64,000 nt of DNA from the NCBI GenBank assembly GCA_040954595.2, contig CM082580.2:13256242-13320241 (forward strand), written 5' to 3'. A model generated the notes under the pieces. The model had not been told where the DNA came from and searched no databases. It saw only the letters and a list, made by a program, of their open reading frames with translations. Origin of the DNA: Balanoglossus misakiensis. Lineage: Eukaryota > Animalia > Hemichordata. This document shows, in pieces, positions 38,436 to 51,329 of the stretch; position 1 is the stretch's first letter, and each line of letters opens with the position of its first letter. The translations under genes and the position numbers were made by a program.

Positions 38436-41400
38436 TCATTTCTTTCTGTTTCTCGGTCTGGATGGGGCCGTCTCTTTTGCTTCATTTGCAGGACCACTGT
38501 GCAAGCCATCTGCCATATTTCTGGTGTTTCCACTTTTTGATCTGGTTGTTCTCTTTTCCTGTGGGTCTGCCTCCTCCGAGCTAGTGCCTGGATTGGTGCT
38601 GCCTCTAGAGGGCTTCCTATTACGTTCTGTTAAAACTTTGGAATCTTTAGGAGTTACATGCCAAGTTCTTGGTCTTGGTGTTCTGTGCATAACAGAAATT
38701 GAATAAATATATTTTTTTTTAATTCAGCACAGTGGCATACCAAAATAATAATAAACGAGATTACACACATGACACTGAAAATAAACCTGTGCTAATTATT
38801 GCAAATGGTAAAAGGTAACTTACGGATGTTCTGGGGAAAACATGCAGATTAAATCTTTCTTTCCGGCTGCTTGAGGGTCAACTTCTTCATCGGATTCCAG
38901 TCGAGGAAGGAAGCTGGCTGTACCTGGGACTAAACAAAAAGTCAACCAAATAGCATCAACAGAGAGCAAGACACAAATTAACAGGCACTGAAAAAAATGT
39001 AATCAAACATGTTATGACTGGAAAACTTGACAATGACAATGGACTTACAGTCTTTGGGACTAGCGTCACTGCAGAGTCTAATCGGCAGCGAAGTCGGTAT
39101 TGGAGACGGTGGAACTATGCTGCTGATGTCGTTGTAAAACGTAATATTGGCGATGGACTTGTCTGGTGTACTGATCGCCCTGTCTGCTCTTCCTGGCTGT
39201 GAGCGAGTGGACATTGCTGGAGTCTGAAGTGTAAATGAATAGGTAATTAAGTTATATGTACCAGATAAAGTCCATTGTACATGTATCATCACCATCTCTT
39301 TGACCTTTTGGCCTTATATTATTGATCACACTTGTAGAGCAAAACAGAGTTTTTCTACTCAGGCTGGGGTGCACATGTAATTGTGAGTTGCCTTTTTTTC
39401 AGATAAGAGCTACCCACTCTGAAATCTGGTGGTTTGGTGACCCGTTTAGCTGGCGTTGTCCTCTCACTTGCAACTTCACTGTCCGCTTGCTGGCCACGGT
39501 TTTCTTCCCGAGGGTGTGTGCCTCTACGTGACTTGGCAGAGGCTGGTTGCTCTGTTGGATTGGCCGCTGCACGTTCTAGTTCTGGTGTTGGGAAGGGCTT
39601 CAGCACTGATCTGTGTTCGTTGATATTATGGATGTCCGAGAGACTCTTGCTTCGCCGCTTGTTGATTTCTTCAATCACTTTCTTTGCCGAGTTATGAATT
39701 GCAAAGGAGGCAAGATTTCGATTCCTGTAAAATAAACAAGCACAAAAATTTCCAACCTTGTTTAAATTCAAAGTATATTTTTCCATAAAGAACTACACAG
39801 AACTATTTTACACTAATGGACCATTCTTACAAGTCAGTGTGGTATCAATATCTCCATGGCAATTGTGATAATCCAACAATATTTTTATTTTTACCTTTGA
39901 GTGTTGAGAGGTGTACGCATTGGTGGTATCGGTGCACTGTTGGGTCTGGGTAGGCTTGACGGGGTGGGTACGTTGTGTGCGCTTCTGGGTCTGCTAGCGC
40001 TTTGTGGGGTGGCCACATTGGGTGAAGACCTGGCTGTAGTCTGAAATTCAGTGCCAAGAATAATGTTACTCTCTCATTACACACTCAAAAATTAGAGTTA
40101 GTTGTCAAACCATAAGAAAGAAAGGAACAAAAAGACCACACTGATGTGCCTACTGACCGGTGTTCCTCTTGGTGACAACATACTCTGTCTTGATCTCCTC
40201 AAATTCTTCTCTTTTTCCAGTCTGTCTTTCTGTTTTTGCTCTTCTTCAAATTTCCTCAGATCAAACTCAATTTCACTTGCAAGCTGTCTGTCTGCTGCAA
40301 GGATGTCTGCAATAATAAAAGAGGAAAAAAGAGATGGTGATTCAAACTTGGATGTTTGCAAGGTAAACCATTGTCTGAGAACGGAGAAGTGGGTGGGGGA
40401 GTTGACCTACCCTTAAGTTCATTCTTGTATTCTTTCATGACTGAAGCAAGGTAAAGCATGAGATCCCTCAGCACTGGTGATCGGTGTTTCTCCAGCTGTA
40501 GGTCAGAAAAACGTATTGAGATGTTGTTAGAATTTGAAAATTAAAAAACAACAGACAGTTGAATGGACACACATACAGCAGAACTATTTTCAATCGTATC
40601 AAATATGTTCAACTGTACTCACCATATGTTTCAAGGAGATGATAATAGGCACAATATTTTCTATGACATTCTTCTTCACAGCGTGGCTAATAATTGTGGT
40701 TTTGATCTTCTGCGCTGCCGCCCCAGCTACGTCCACTGTTTCTTCTTCCATCTCATCAGGCGATCGGGTTTTCAACGATCGCAGCTTGATTTCCTGGAAG
40801 TGAAGAAGGAGTAATCGGTCAATCACACTGCTTTTTCGATGGTGTGGTTGAATCCAATATACAGGGAAATTGGGATGATTGGGTTATAAAGCCATGCTGT
40901 ACTTTTTAAAGAGATGAGTACACACTGAATTTACCTTTGATGAGAGTATAGCCAAGGCATCTTTCAGCAGGTCCTGAGAATCTTCATCATACGGCATAGC
41001 ATTATCTACCAAACCACCAAGAATCTGAAGAAGATGTAGAATTATTTAATGCTTGGACTGCCAAGGGTGCCAGATATACTGCTACATTTATAAACTAGTC
41101 ACTCGTGGCCTTTGGAATAATTAAAAAAAAAAGACTTGATTGCATACCTCTTGGCAAAGTTTCGCTGTAATTTGAAATCTGTGCTCGTCATTCATGTTTT
41201 CCAGCAGAAACTTGTAAATCTTCATTCTCTTTGCACTGTTCTGTTTGCCCTTCAGAGAAAACAGCTTTCTTTCCCTGTCAGTCTGTGCAAACTTGTTGTA
41301 CACTGCAAAGTATAGACATAAACAGAGGAACACATGTCAATAGGGACTGCTATAGCACAGGATTGCTCAATTCCATAGTTACATCAGTAAGCATTGTGGA

Positions 41401-44400
41401 AATTTCTAACAAAATCTACTTCTGATTGCAGAGCAATAATTCTAGGTTGGGGAAAAAAGGACAGCTGTGCTGAGCCAGTGTAGAAACAAATGAACCTACC
41501 ATTATGGTTGTTGTATTCATTGAAATGAAAGACACATTCTACAAAGTGGTTGAAGAACATCAAAGGATGTCGCTTGCCAAGTAGAGTCCCCATACAGAAT
41601 TCAACTGTTAAAATAAAAAAAAATACGTCTGATGCTGTGTACTGATGAAGATAAAAACTGAAACGTCTCCTACTAACCACAAATGTAATTATTACAGTAT
41701 CTTACCAAATTGTCTGATTTCTTCCACATCGTCAACAAGAGCCGAGATGAATCGGTAGAAAAGCACACCCTTCCATTTGATATAGTCCTCCTGAAGTGAA
41801 ATTTTATGGTACTCGTTAATTATTTAATCCATGAGACTTTTGGCAACAAGATGGGAACATTACACAGTTTTTTAAAATGACGCTACACTGATTGATCTGC
41901 ATCACTGAGATTCAAACAGGGAAATTTGCACTGACCTGAAGCAGATGTGTGACCATAGTGAGTGTCTGTTTCCTCACCAGTGGATGTTCATCTCGGACAC
42001 AGGCGGCGATGTTGGGAATGTATCGATCAACAAGACTAGGATACCTGCATCATAAACAATTTGACTATTAACCCTTTCACCACCATGGGTTGGTCCCAAT
42101 CTATTGTTTTTTGTGGTAAAGTTGGATCACAATAAAGGGAACTGGGGGTGAAAGGGTTAAATATACTGACCTCACACACAGATCGCACAGAATGATGACA
42201 GCATTGCAACGGATGGAAGCCAATGCTGATTCCTCCAATTCTTTGGCCAGTGGTGCAATGGCCTGCTTGGCCAGGCTTTCGTCGACCAGATACAGCTTGC
42301 CAAGGGTGTTTAGAGCAAATGCCTGGACACGGTCTGATAGGTTGGAGTTGTGCAATTGACTCAGGGGAATCTGAGAGCTTTGTGATGGCTGCGATGATTG
42401 AGACTGTTGGGAAAGCTTCACTGAAAATTGAAGAATTTATAAGTAGTTGTCAGTAAGATGGTGATGATGATTATGATGATGGCAAGAAACCATACAGTCA
42501 AACAGTTATGCAAAATACTTGGAAGTGTGAACAACTTGAAATAGACTTACAATTGGCAGCTATCTTAGGGCCAGCCAAGATTGACAACACTAAAGTTTTG
42601 ATGCGTCTAGGTACTTTATCTGGAGCAAGCTGAGGAAAAAAAGAGAAAGTATTATGTCCACCATACATTCACATCTTATACTGATTTGTATGTTAATAAA
42701 ATATGCAGTATGTTCTCTATCAACTTCAATCATTCTTTTAGAAAAAAGAAACTTACCTGAATGATTCCACCCAAAGTAAAGAGATAACAGTTGAGTTTAT
42801 CTTCATCAACCTTGTTGGGGGTCTCAGACAACAGGACGCTGGACAAATACTTATCACACTCAGACATTAACTCTACACGCCAACTATTGGTTACCGAATC
42901 ATCTGTTAGGGTGTTACACAGCTGTCAAGGGGAATCATGAGAGATTTTGTGAGATTGTGAGTAATTCTTGAGATATTGCATATCTTACTCTGAGAAGGGT
43001 TTTATGCATGGAGAGAATTCTGAAGACAAACATGTTCTGAGACATCCAGCTCAAAAACACACACCTGGCAAAGTGCATCTGTAACAGCTAAGATCACACT
43101 GGGTGATGCTGTAAACTTCTTCAAAAGATTTTTGAAATCCTTGATGAACTTCTCCTTGAGGTCAACACCAAGGTGCTTGGCAGTGTAACCAATGACATTG
43201 ACCACATGTACCAGTGTGTTAGACGTGATACTGGCATTTCCAGATTTGAAATCTTCCCAGCATTTATGGATGAATGAGTGATCAAGCTTAGGGCAGTGTC
43301 TGGCTACCATGGACAGCAGAATCCAGGCTCCCTGAAATGAGTAAACTCGCGTTAAGATAATACTGAGATTCCAAATGTGTACTACTGCAGTGCACCAAAT
43401 CTTACCATTCCAAACTTTTGTCGAAGTTTGCATAGGTTTTCTGTGGCAGGACTATCCCCAATAATGATATAGCTATCTCTGATCAAAGATATTTAAACTT
43501 TACAAAGCAAGACATCTTTGTTACTTACTGGACCATGGTCTGTGTTAGCATGGGTTATAAGTGAACTCATGATTCTTGGGGTCAGTTTACTCTGCTTAGC
43601 CCACTGCTGACATGCCTTCTGTAGGAAATATCTGTACAAATATTGAATGTTGGTGAAAAGAAATTAAACTGTGTATGTGGAAATTTTTGCTCAATGGAAA
43701 GTCAGGGAAAACGTACACTGTGTTGGAATGTGAATCATAAATTGGCACACAGGTGCAATGTGCTTCACATCAGCACAGAGGGCACACTCCTCACCTATAC
43801 TCTTCCTGTTCTTCTCTGGCTATCTTGTTCATGATATCCCACATCATGTTGTTCTCAGCAGAGATGGTCCTCTCAAAAGACACGATGTTGTTTAGGAACA
43901 CATTCTCCATGATGTCCAAGCATTTCTCCTGGCAACCCTGCTCCCTGTCTGTTACCATGGGAACCACACCGTCTATCCACATGCTGAAAGAAGCAGGTCA
44001 AAGGTGAAGATGAGCTGATGCGGAGGATGGAATTCTATCTACGAGCGCTGCAAACCCCGTCCAACAAAATGCAAACCATTTCAATCATAACAGTCTTCCT
44101 TATCATTGTCAAAAGGCAATTTCCAGAAATTTTGAAAAACTGACATTATGAATAAACTCAAAACTTCCTCCTACCTCTGTAAAACGTTGGATTCTGGTTT
44201 GGCAAGGAGCAGTCCAGTTAGAGATATCATGGCTTGCTTTCTGACAGACAAAGCTGCATCTTGGCATTTGACTCGAATGACTTGGATGTCCTCTTTGCTG
44301 ATATTGGCCATGTCAAGCTTTATGATGCTCTCAATAGCCTGCAGTACACATATAAAGTCGTCATAAGAAATCAAGATAGAAAGAAAAATGACAATATTTT

Positions 44401-47400
44401 TTGGAATTATGTGTGTTTTTACTTGTAGCAGGCCCTCTCATATTGCAACATGCACACACCTGAACACAGTCACAGAACAATGATACATGTAAACATTTAC
44501 CTGGATGGCTGATTTTCGAACACCAGACTTCTCATCACTAGCTCTCTTTCTCAGCATTGCTAAGGTTGCCTTTGCTGTGAGAAATAAAAAATTAAATGTT
44601 TTCATTCACGAAAGGCACACAAATGCTAACAGTAATGACAGTCTAACTGTGCTTGTTTTTTATCCTGTTTCAACAAGGCCTGCAAGTGCAAACTATGAAA
44701 AGCAGATTACCTGTATTGGCCTTTTCGGAAGCATCAACAGACAAATTAATAGAAGTGTTTGGCGTAACCTGGTTGCCGGGTGTGGTGCATGGTGTCACCA
44801 GGTTGCTAGGTGTTCCCATTGATGGAGAGGCCATGTCATTACTCTTTTCCCCCTGAAAATAAAAGCATTGGGATCAGAGTGTAGTGTTCAATAATTTACT
44901 TTGATTACAAAATGTTGTATTTTTATTTTCCACTTTTTTCGCAACTGACTTACCCACTTTTCCAAGACAAGGAAAAACAACAAAGATCAACAGTTCACAA
45001 CATTTAAACACTTACACTGCCAGGGTTCACAATGGGCTTGATTCTGATGGCATCGGCTGGCGTGTAGAGCGTTGGACAGAAAAGCTGCATGATGATATCT
45101 TGCATAGCTCCTCCACTGGATGAGATGCAGTTGGCAAAACAGGACAAGGCTTTGGATCGTACGCTGAAATGCAGGGAAGATACAGGGAGTGAGGTTTGGG
45201 GAAAGCCTAGTATATTAGTGTAAGTGCACACAGGAATCTTTCTCTTTCCTGTTCATCTACTTTTCAGAATTAAAAAATTGATTAAGTGTACTTACACGGC
45301 TGACTTATCACTACATCTTGACAAAATGATGTTCTGAAGTAGATATTGATGTGACAGACAGGCAGCTACCTCAGGAGTTGTGTTCTCTGTGTATAGAAGT
45401 TAATTAAACATCAATAATGGAACAATGTGTAATGAGAGGGGAGTGCTACTTTAATATAGAAAAGGATGAGAGGTGATATAAAATAACTGACCATCAGGTT
45501 GTCTTGTTGGTTTATCCAGCAACTGTCCAGCTGTCTCCAGTGAACTCATACGATGTCCAGTCTGAAATAAAGCAATGGAAAAATCTAATAAATTTGCAAT
45601 TTAAATCACATTTGAAAATTAGCAGCGTCTGTGTATCTTTTTGCACATAAAGACAGACATTGCCGGGTTGACTTTAACAAATTCACATCTCACCTTTGAG
45701 TGTTTTGAGTTCTTCACAAGCCACTGCAGGAAACGAACATAAGCTGCAGTTGGCAACTTCTCCAGTATGGTGACAACAGCCTCCGAAACTTTACTCCGGT
45801 ATTCTGCCTTATCCGGGACTTTCCAACTGACGTTTTGAAGCAAAGTGTGCACTGGTTTCAATGCTGTCTCTCCTCGAGTGTCAATTAAGTAGCTAAATTT
45901 GGAGGGGGAAATCGAAATGTTTTAGCCTCATTGCTGTTATACCTTGGTTCAAACTTACTGTTACATATTATGGCATGGGTGAAACCATATACAGTAATAT
46001 AGTTCTACATTTGGATTTTAACCAGAGTTGATTGCCTCACTCACCAGACGAATGCCACAGCATGGTTCTTCACTGTCTGCACGGGTTTTGGAATGGTTGT
46101 TGCAGCAACAGCACCGTTCTCACCCATCAACATGAGAATGCTGGGTACAAGCTTCCCCAAGACCTGAACAATCACAAAATGTCCAAAAACAATGAATGCA
46201 CATTTAACAGATTCGCGTGACTTGCATGTAAAGTTTTATCATATATGACAAGAAATAGATGAACCTTTTAAGAACATGTATAGTCGACACTTATCTAAAG
46301 TAACAGGAGCTGATGTCTGCAATGTATCAAGGCTTGCAACTTCGTAAGGACTTTTAGGGTGACTACAGCAGTACAAGGTAACCCATTCAAAGAAAAAAAG
46401 GTGTGAACATGCATCATGTAGAGATGTATCTGTAACTTGCCTGGATTAATGTGTTTTCTACTTTGCCATGAAGTTGGTTACAATACGCAGCTAAAGCAGA
46501 GTAGGCTAACAGACTCATACAGCTGATGTCCCTAAGATCTCTACAGAAAGAAAAAAGAATAAGAAGTTAGTAGTAAAGGAGTCATGAGAATAAGGACTTG
46601 TCATGCCTAAATTCAACTTAACTTGTTCAAATCCCACACTGGAAGTGGATTCAGATGTTTTGGATGTTACTCACTCATCAGGGTCAAAGTGACCTTCTGA
46701 AAGTTCCACATCTATCTTGCACATCTCAGCTAGTATTTGTGTCATGTGATCCGTGGCCTGGTCAGAATGTTTCAGAGAAAAACTTTTCAGCAGTCGGACC
46801 AGCTCCTGTCACAAAGTAAACATGATAGGGTATACATGAGTCATGATATAACTTATTGTTATTGATGTCACTTTTTCAAATACCAGGATTTTCAAGGAGA
46901 GTATGAACAATGCAAATTAGTCCTCACTTTCACCAAATCTAGAAGCTTTCTTTTGATCTGGATAATCTCTTGCGGTGTAAGTTCAAAAGCTTCGCTGTCA
47001 TCATCACTGTCCATTCCAAAGTCCTCATCTATGTCTTCCTCAGCATGGTTGTCTCTCCGAGCCTGTTTTCCTCTTCTGTTGCCTCCCTGACTGGATGGTC
47101 TGACGTCATCGCCACGTTTGCGCTTACCACCACTGCCTGTATACCCCAAGGGAAATACATATGAGTGGCATTTCAGGTAGAAGTCCAAATAAAATTCGTG
47201 GAAACTGATGGCAATGGTATAACATGCTCAGTCACATACATTTTAGCCAAACAAGTACCCCAGTGCTTAGATGAGACTTATCAAACATCTGATTGTAAAA
47301 TAAGTGAAAATATCAATCTCAAAGCAACAGTTGTCTTGAAATTAACTCACCACATTCTGGCCACAGCTTCAAAACATCTACTGCCTTTTGGAACAACACT

Positions 47401-48608
47401 GGATGGAAGACCTTGTATGCTACACTCCCTGTTGAAACAATGAACAATCAATCAATTATAATTCCCCCCACCCAATTCAGGGTATACGTCAGCCAGCAAA
47501 GGATTGTGGAAGTATCTTCAACATCAGATGACTCAAGGTTAAACTTTCATAATTACCTGGTATTGAAGTAAGAATAAAATAGATGTTTGCTGACAATGCA
47601 GCTGCTTGCTTCCGGTGTCCGCTGGATCTTCTAGGACAGCTGATGAAATAGTGCAACAAGGCAATGAGTGTCCGAGATGACTGTCCATCTTCTGTGAGAG
47701 CATGCCAAAACCCTGAGAGAAGTTCAAATTGACTTATATGTTATGATGCTGAATACTTCTATGTTATATTGGAATAGAATAGAAACACTTCGAGGCCCAA
47801 GAGAATATTCTATCACTGTTATCAGGGGTTCGGGTCTGTATGCAACTTATTGCAGCTACTCAAAGAATAGCTGTACAGCTCAGTAGCTCTAGGTTTTGCC
47901 TGTTAATTTGTGTGTACGTGTCTATTACTTTCTAACACACAAACCAACAGGCAAAACCCCAAGCTACTGAAATGTACAACACGAAATCTTACCCTGTGAA
48001 GTAGAATCACGCCCACTTCTTGCCCATGGTGTAAACACTGACACCACTCTCCCTAGGTGTGCAACGTAGTAATTCTCGTCTTTAATACTCTGTTCCAGTT
48101 TCTCTGGTATGGGTTCATTTTCTAAAAAGTCACCGTCCCAAACACTGTCTACGAACTCTGCAAGCAAAAGTTGAAAAGGCTTTCTGTGAAGTGTTGTTTT
48201 GCTTTGTTTTGATACTGTATCCCATCACTTATAATCATGTCTTAATCGATTAAGACATCAACAAAGTAGCATAAATAAATGTATGATAACCAGGTTGTAC
48301 TGGCAATATATATTGCTAGAATACTTGGACTGTGCAGCACGAATTGTTTGGAAATATCAAAATCAGAGGATGGATGATTATCATCCAGGTGTGTAGGAGG
48401 ACCCAGCTGATTCAGACGCACAGGCACCCAGCAGATGAATGAATAGAATAAAAACTTATTTCTTCAAATAAATGTCTTTCATAGACTATATCTTTCAACA
48501 CATAACATAATGTTTCCATCATCTCACACCGTTACTACGCATACCTTCACTCAGCTCCGACAATCTCAAGTTTTGTAGTGCTTGTAAAGTTTGGTTAGCG
48601 TCGGCCAT
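38436..48608 (-). CDS. NCAPD3: Condensin-2 complex subunit D3 (HEAT-repeat protein)
   Basis: About 30 short exons from ATG 48608 ([16 protein letters not shown], exon ends 48545) to stop 38436. Motifs: [151 protein letters not shown]. Not every exon boundary was verified. Confidence 0.95.
42068..42160. mobile_element. piggyBac-type MITE (85 bp) with TTAA target-site duplication, in an NCAPD3 intron
   Basis: TTAA|CCCTTTCACCACCA...TGGGGGTGAAAGGG|TTAA: 14-bp TIR with 1 mismatch, CCC/GGG termini and TTAA flanks, all piggyBac hallmarks. Confidence 0.85.
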
Positions 48609-49650
48609 CTTTGGTTTTTTGAGTCACCCGCCAAAAGTAAGTTTTCCAGGACGGTACCATGATATAATCGTAATGAAGAGGGGTGAACCCGTCGATTCAA
48701 AATTCCAAGGTCAATTCAGAAATATTAATAAACAATTCAAATCTATATGGACCAATCAATACTGATACATGATTTAAGAAGTGGTGTTTTGTGACTGGTT
48801 ACGTCTAAACGAATTATCGGTGCCTCCATTTATGCATTATTTTCATTCGTGTTTATTTCCCCGTCAGGCAAATGGGCAAGTCTGTTGGTTGGGTCAAAGG
48901 TAATGTTTGTTGGAACTTTGCGTCACCGAAAATAGAAATGTAAGGTTATCGCCGTTTTGATTACCAATTTTATAACTAAATGGATATTTAGATCACTTTA
49001 AAATAACTGTTAGAGTTTGATACGTGTCAAATGAATTGCTTTTAACACATTTTTAGAAATGACGTCATAGGGTTGGTCAATAGGCCCCTGTAATGAAGAT
49101 TAGGAAATCCGGCGGACCATACCACTGAGTAATTAGCAGGGGTGGTTCATGATGTCATCGCCACGTGAACTTCGGATATTTTCCACGTTTTTCTTTTTGG
49201 AATTATACAAAGTCTCAAATAAATAAAGTTGATAACCAATTTCTTGTTTCGAATCTTATTTTTGCACACATGAGTACATAATTCCCATTAATATACATTT
49301 ATACTCTGCGGCAATTATGCCATGGTCCCCTTTTGTTGGTCGTGCGTGGGCCCAGTGTATGTAAGGCACGCTACATGACGGTGAGTGCATTCTGAATATT
49401 ATTTTCTGATAAAATTTTACAGGGAAAACCTCCTGAAACGCTGCTAAAACAGGGCATCAGTGCTCATTTTCCCCGTATCGTTTCCAAAATTGCATGAACC
49501 GGTGCAGTTGTGAGCGCAGCCGGCGCGTAGCGATGTTAACGAACTCGCCGATGCATCGGTGTAGCGCCTACCCTCAGCCCTGGCTGATAAAAAAAGTACG
49601 CCGAGACAAACGGCTACGACAGCGCGGAAAGTCAGCTACGGAAGCTTGGT
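48609..49650. promoter_or_regulatory. Putative bidirectional promoter region between NCAPD3 and BICRA
   Basis: Head-to-head genes. YY1-like AAGATGGCCG overlaps the NCAPD3 ATG; CCAAT ~48752; TGACGTCA 49060; CACGTG ~49162; CpG-rich stretch ~49500-50200. The BICRA TSS is inferred. Confidence 0.55.
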
Positions 49651-51329
49651 TCAACTCCAAATGTGCGTTTCAGGAAAACAATCAGTCTGTGTAGTTGATA
49701 GATTTAGTTTCAATACGATTATGGGGATGGTTTTGCGTGACAGTTTCGGTTGAGCGGCCCGAGTTACGAAAGAAAAATGGCGTGAAAAATGTTTTCGTCA
49801 TAAAAATTCGACAACAAAGGACACGACACTTGCCGATATTTCGCCTGTTTTTCCGTCTATTTTCTAGAGTTAAATTAGGAAAATTGTTACCCTATTCTAA
49901 CGACTATGTCTAGGTATTTCTCGGTGTTTTATTAGTATGTGGTTCGATGGAATGAAGTGGAGTCTGGCGTCAACGCGATCAGTTAAATATTTTCGTTTGT
50001 CAATTTCATGACGCCACGGTGGCCCCATGGTCACGAATCTCCCGTCGTTTGCGCTGACGGAACGGTCGAAAACGTTCTCTTGCTGTCGTGTTTCCACGCT
50101 CAACAACAGCTCGTCTTCGCTGCTCGCCTTTCAATGCCATTTGGGGTTGCATTTGCGAAAAGCCGACCCAACCCAATCGCTTAATTACTGACGGGGATAG
50201 GCTGGCAACCATAGAATTGAGGGCCATATTGTACATAATGTATGTTTCACGTGATCTTTCTTATTGTGGAGAAATTTACAGGGCTTCTCTGATTGGCTCA
50301 TGTCGCGAATGACCCTTGTGAACTGCAAAAGAGAGATAGCGGTATTAGTTACTTGTATGTAAATTCTGCCCACAATTGTTGCCAAATTTACTCTGGCCAC
50401 GTCACAACACATTTTACCAATGAGGAACCTAGGATTTATTTAGCTGCCCCTGGTTAGATAACCCACCGTACTTCACAGTGTGATTTGAAACAGTTGTCAA
50501 GTAAATTGTTTCAAGAGTGATGGCATGTGTAATGGAGAAAAAAACACCAGGATGTCCATAGTAATATACTGGCAGTGGTAGAGTTTGTGGAATTTGAAAA
50601 TTGCAGAGGAACAAGCATTGGTCAGAAAGACTGTACTTATCACAGTGGAAATACTAGTACATCACATTTGACCTGAATAATAAATCATTTTGCCACATTA
50701 GTGTCCTGTGTGATGATATTCCAACCACTTCAACCATTTGGTTGTACGCCCTTTTAAAACTGAATAAAGGCAGTGACATCTGGCTCATTATTTATAAACC
50801 GGGTACTTGTAGATGGTTTGTATTTTTTTTGTAGAGTTTGAACCCTCCATTGTGTTCCAAGTAAAATTATGAGGCACTTAAAAACATAATGAAATAATAA
50901 TTCATGGCAATCTGACAGCAGACATGACAGATTTGATAATGTCAGTACTCGGCAAACTGTTCATCCAAACATGATAGTAAACTGGGTAAGAGTAATTAAA
51001 ATGGAAAGTGTAAAAAGGGGAAATTTCATCAAGTTCCACTTTGGGAGAAAAATAAAAAAATGTCTTGTGAGGCAAGGGCATGCTGACTATTATGACTTTC
51101 TTGCATTGTCATGCAAATGACCATATGCTTTTGTACCTACATAGGTATTTCAGGTATTTGCAGACACTTGCATGCCAGTTCACTCCGTGCATTTAAAGAT
51201 GCATTGATATTCTTGGCATCTTTTGAAGGAAATAGCAATATTACATGACAGACAACATTAAAGTTTTATTGTACAATGTCTAACGCATGCTTTGATTTCC
51301 TTATTCCAGGAACCACACTATATTAGGTC

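Noticed and set aside
50710-50763. GTGATGA...CTGA as a box C/D snoRNA
   Set aside because: Only ~54 nt, with no terminal stem, no C'/D' boxes and no convincing rRNA antisense element.
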